Shown: positions 63,104 to 64,000 of the stretch, piece after piece
Layout of the letters: the number at the start of each line of letters is the position of its first letter
Position numbering within the stretch: the first letter of the stretch is position 1
Source of the DNA: Chiloscyllium plagiosum
Taxonomy: Eukaryota
Reading direction: 5' to 3'
Length of the DNA: 64,000 nucleotides
Assembly: GCF_004010195.1 (NCBI RefSeq)
Contig: NC_057748.1
Location: 27,690,180 to 27,754,179, forward strand
The notes under the pieces: model-generated
What the model saw: only the letters and a program-made list of their open reading frames with translations
The model's database searches: none
What the model was told of the DNA's origin: nothing
Translations under genes and position numbers: made by a program

Positions 63104-64000
63104 TTAGTGTAGTTTGATATTGATAATTTTCTCTCTTACAAACAACACTGATCAGCGATTGTAACAACATTAATAACACCCTCACCCAATCACCATCTCT
63201 CTATCTCTCTCTGTCTCTTCCACACGCATTTATACACACACGCACACTCACATACACACAAGTCAGTGGTTATATTAATAAACTGGTCAGTATTACATCC
63301 ATATTTGTCTTACTCGCAAAGATTCATAGGACAGTGATTGTAAGAACAATTTCCTCACACGCACTCACAATCCCGTGGGATATTAATAATTCTCTCTTTA
63401 ATATCAAACGAGTTATGGTGTTAATTATATTAATTCTCTCTCCCTCTCTCTAGATCACGCGCAAAACACACACAAGTCAGAGATTACATCAATAATTCTC
63501 CCTCACACACACAGGTCAGAATTACATGAATAATTCTCTCTCAAACATACATAGTCAGGATCAGAGTGCTGCTTATATTAATACTTCTCTAACCCCTATC
63601 CCCTCTCTCTCCCTCTTCTCAAACACACATGTCGGTCAATTATTTATATTAACAATTCTCTTTCACATACAACCATACATAGATTTTAAAAAATTATATC
63701 AATAATTCCCTTCAAACATTCAGGTACGTGTTACATTGCTATTTTGCTCACACATAATCACCCACATGTCAGAATTTATAGCAATAATTCTCTCTCTCCT
63801 CTTCTCTCTCTCACACACAAACACACGGAAACATACAATCCATAGCAAAATGCCAATAATCTCTCTCTCACTAAAACACACAGGTCAGTGTATTGATTAA
63901 AGTCATAATTCTGTCCCTCTGCCTCTCTGACACACAAACATACCCAGGTCAGAGAATAAGTCGATAAGTCTCCCTCACACACAGGTCACTGTGTTATACA
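60440..64000. repeat. J-C intron minisatellite, unit 4
   Basis: Same motif to the window end. Confidence 0.85.

Larger units (their letters stand above)
56771..64000 (+). repeat. Segmental duplication unit 4 (5'-truncated; V4-J4, continues past the window)
   Basis: Homologous to ~7500-15500 of unit 1. Confidence 0.82.

Overview
Vertebrate genomic DNA, most likely from a cartilaginous fish: it carries HE1-type tRNA-SINEs, CR1/HER1 LINE debris and shark-type Ig genes. A carpet/bamboo shark origin is an inference. The window is a head-to-tail tandem array of four segmentally duplicated immunoglobulin light-chain mini-clusters of the elasmobranch type I / sigma-cart (NS5-like) isotype, all on the + strand. 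Unit starts are ~1, ~26.2 kb, ~42.4 kb and ~56.8 kb (the last is 5'-truncated). Each unit has a purine-rich minisatellite, a conserved CTCF-like element, a promoter region, a leader exon, a V exon with 12-RSS, a ~390-bp spacer, a J with 23-RSS, and a J-C intron minisatellite. All four V genes are unrearranged and disabled. Only unit 1 keeps a C exon (also disabled); units 2 and 3 lost C by internal deletions, and unit 4 runs off the window. Main leads: (i) arrays of same-orientation CTCF-consensus motifs between clusters plus one CTCF-like site ~1.3-1.8 kb upstream of every V, a candidate cluster-insulation system; (ii) C deletions that convert clusters into a (V-J)n-[C] translocon-like layout; (iii) a complex inversion/duplication in the J1-C1 intron that duplicates an octamer. 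The rest is LINE/SINE/LTR/DNA-transposon debris and simple repeats. Most ORFs in the track are spurious. Repeat boundaries are approximate and were read by eye.
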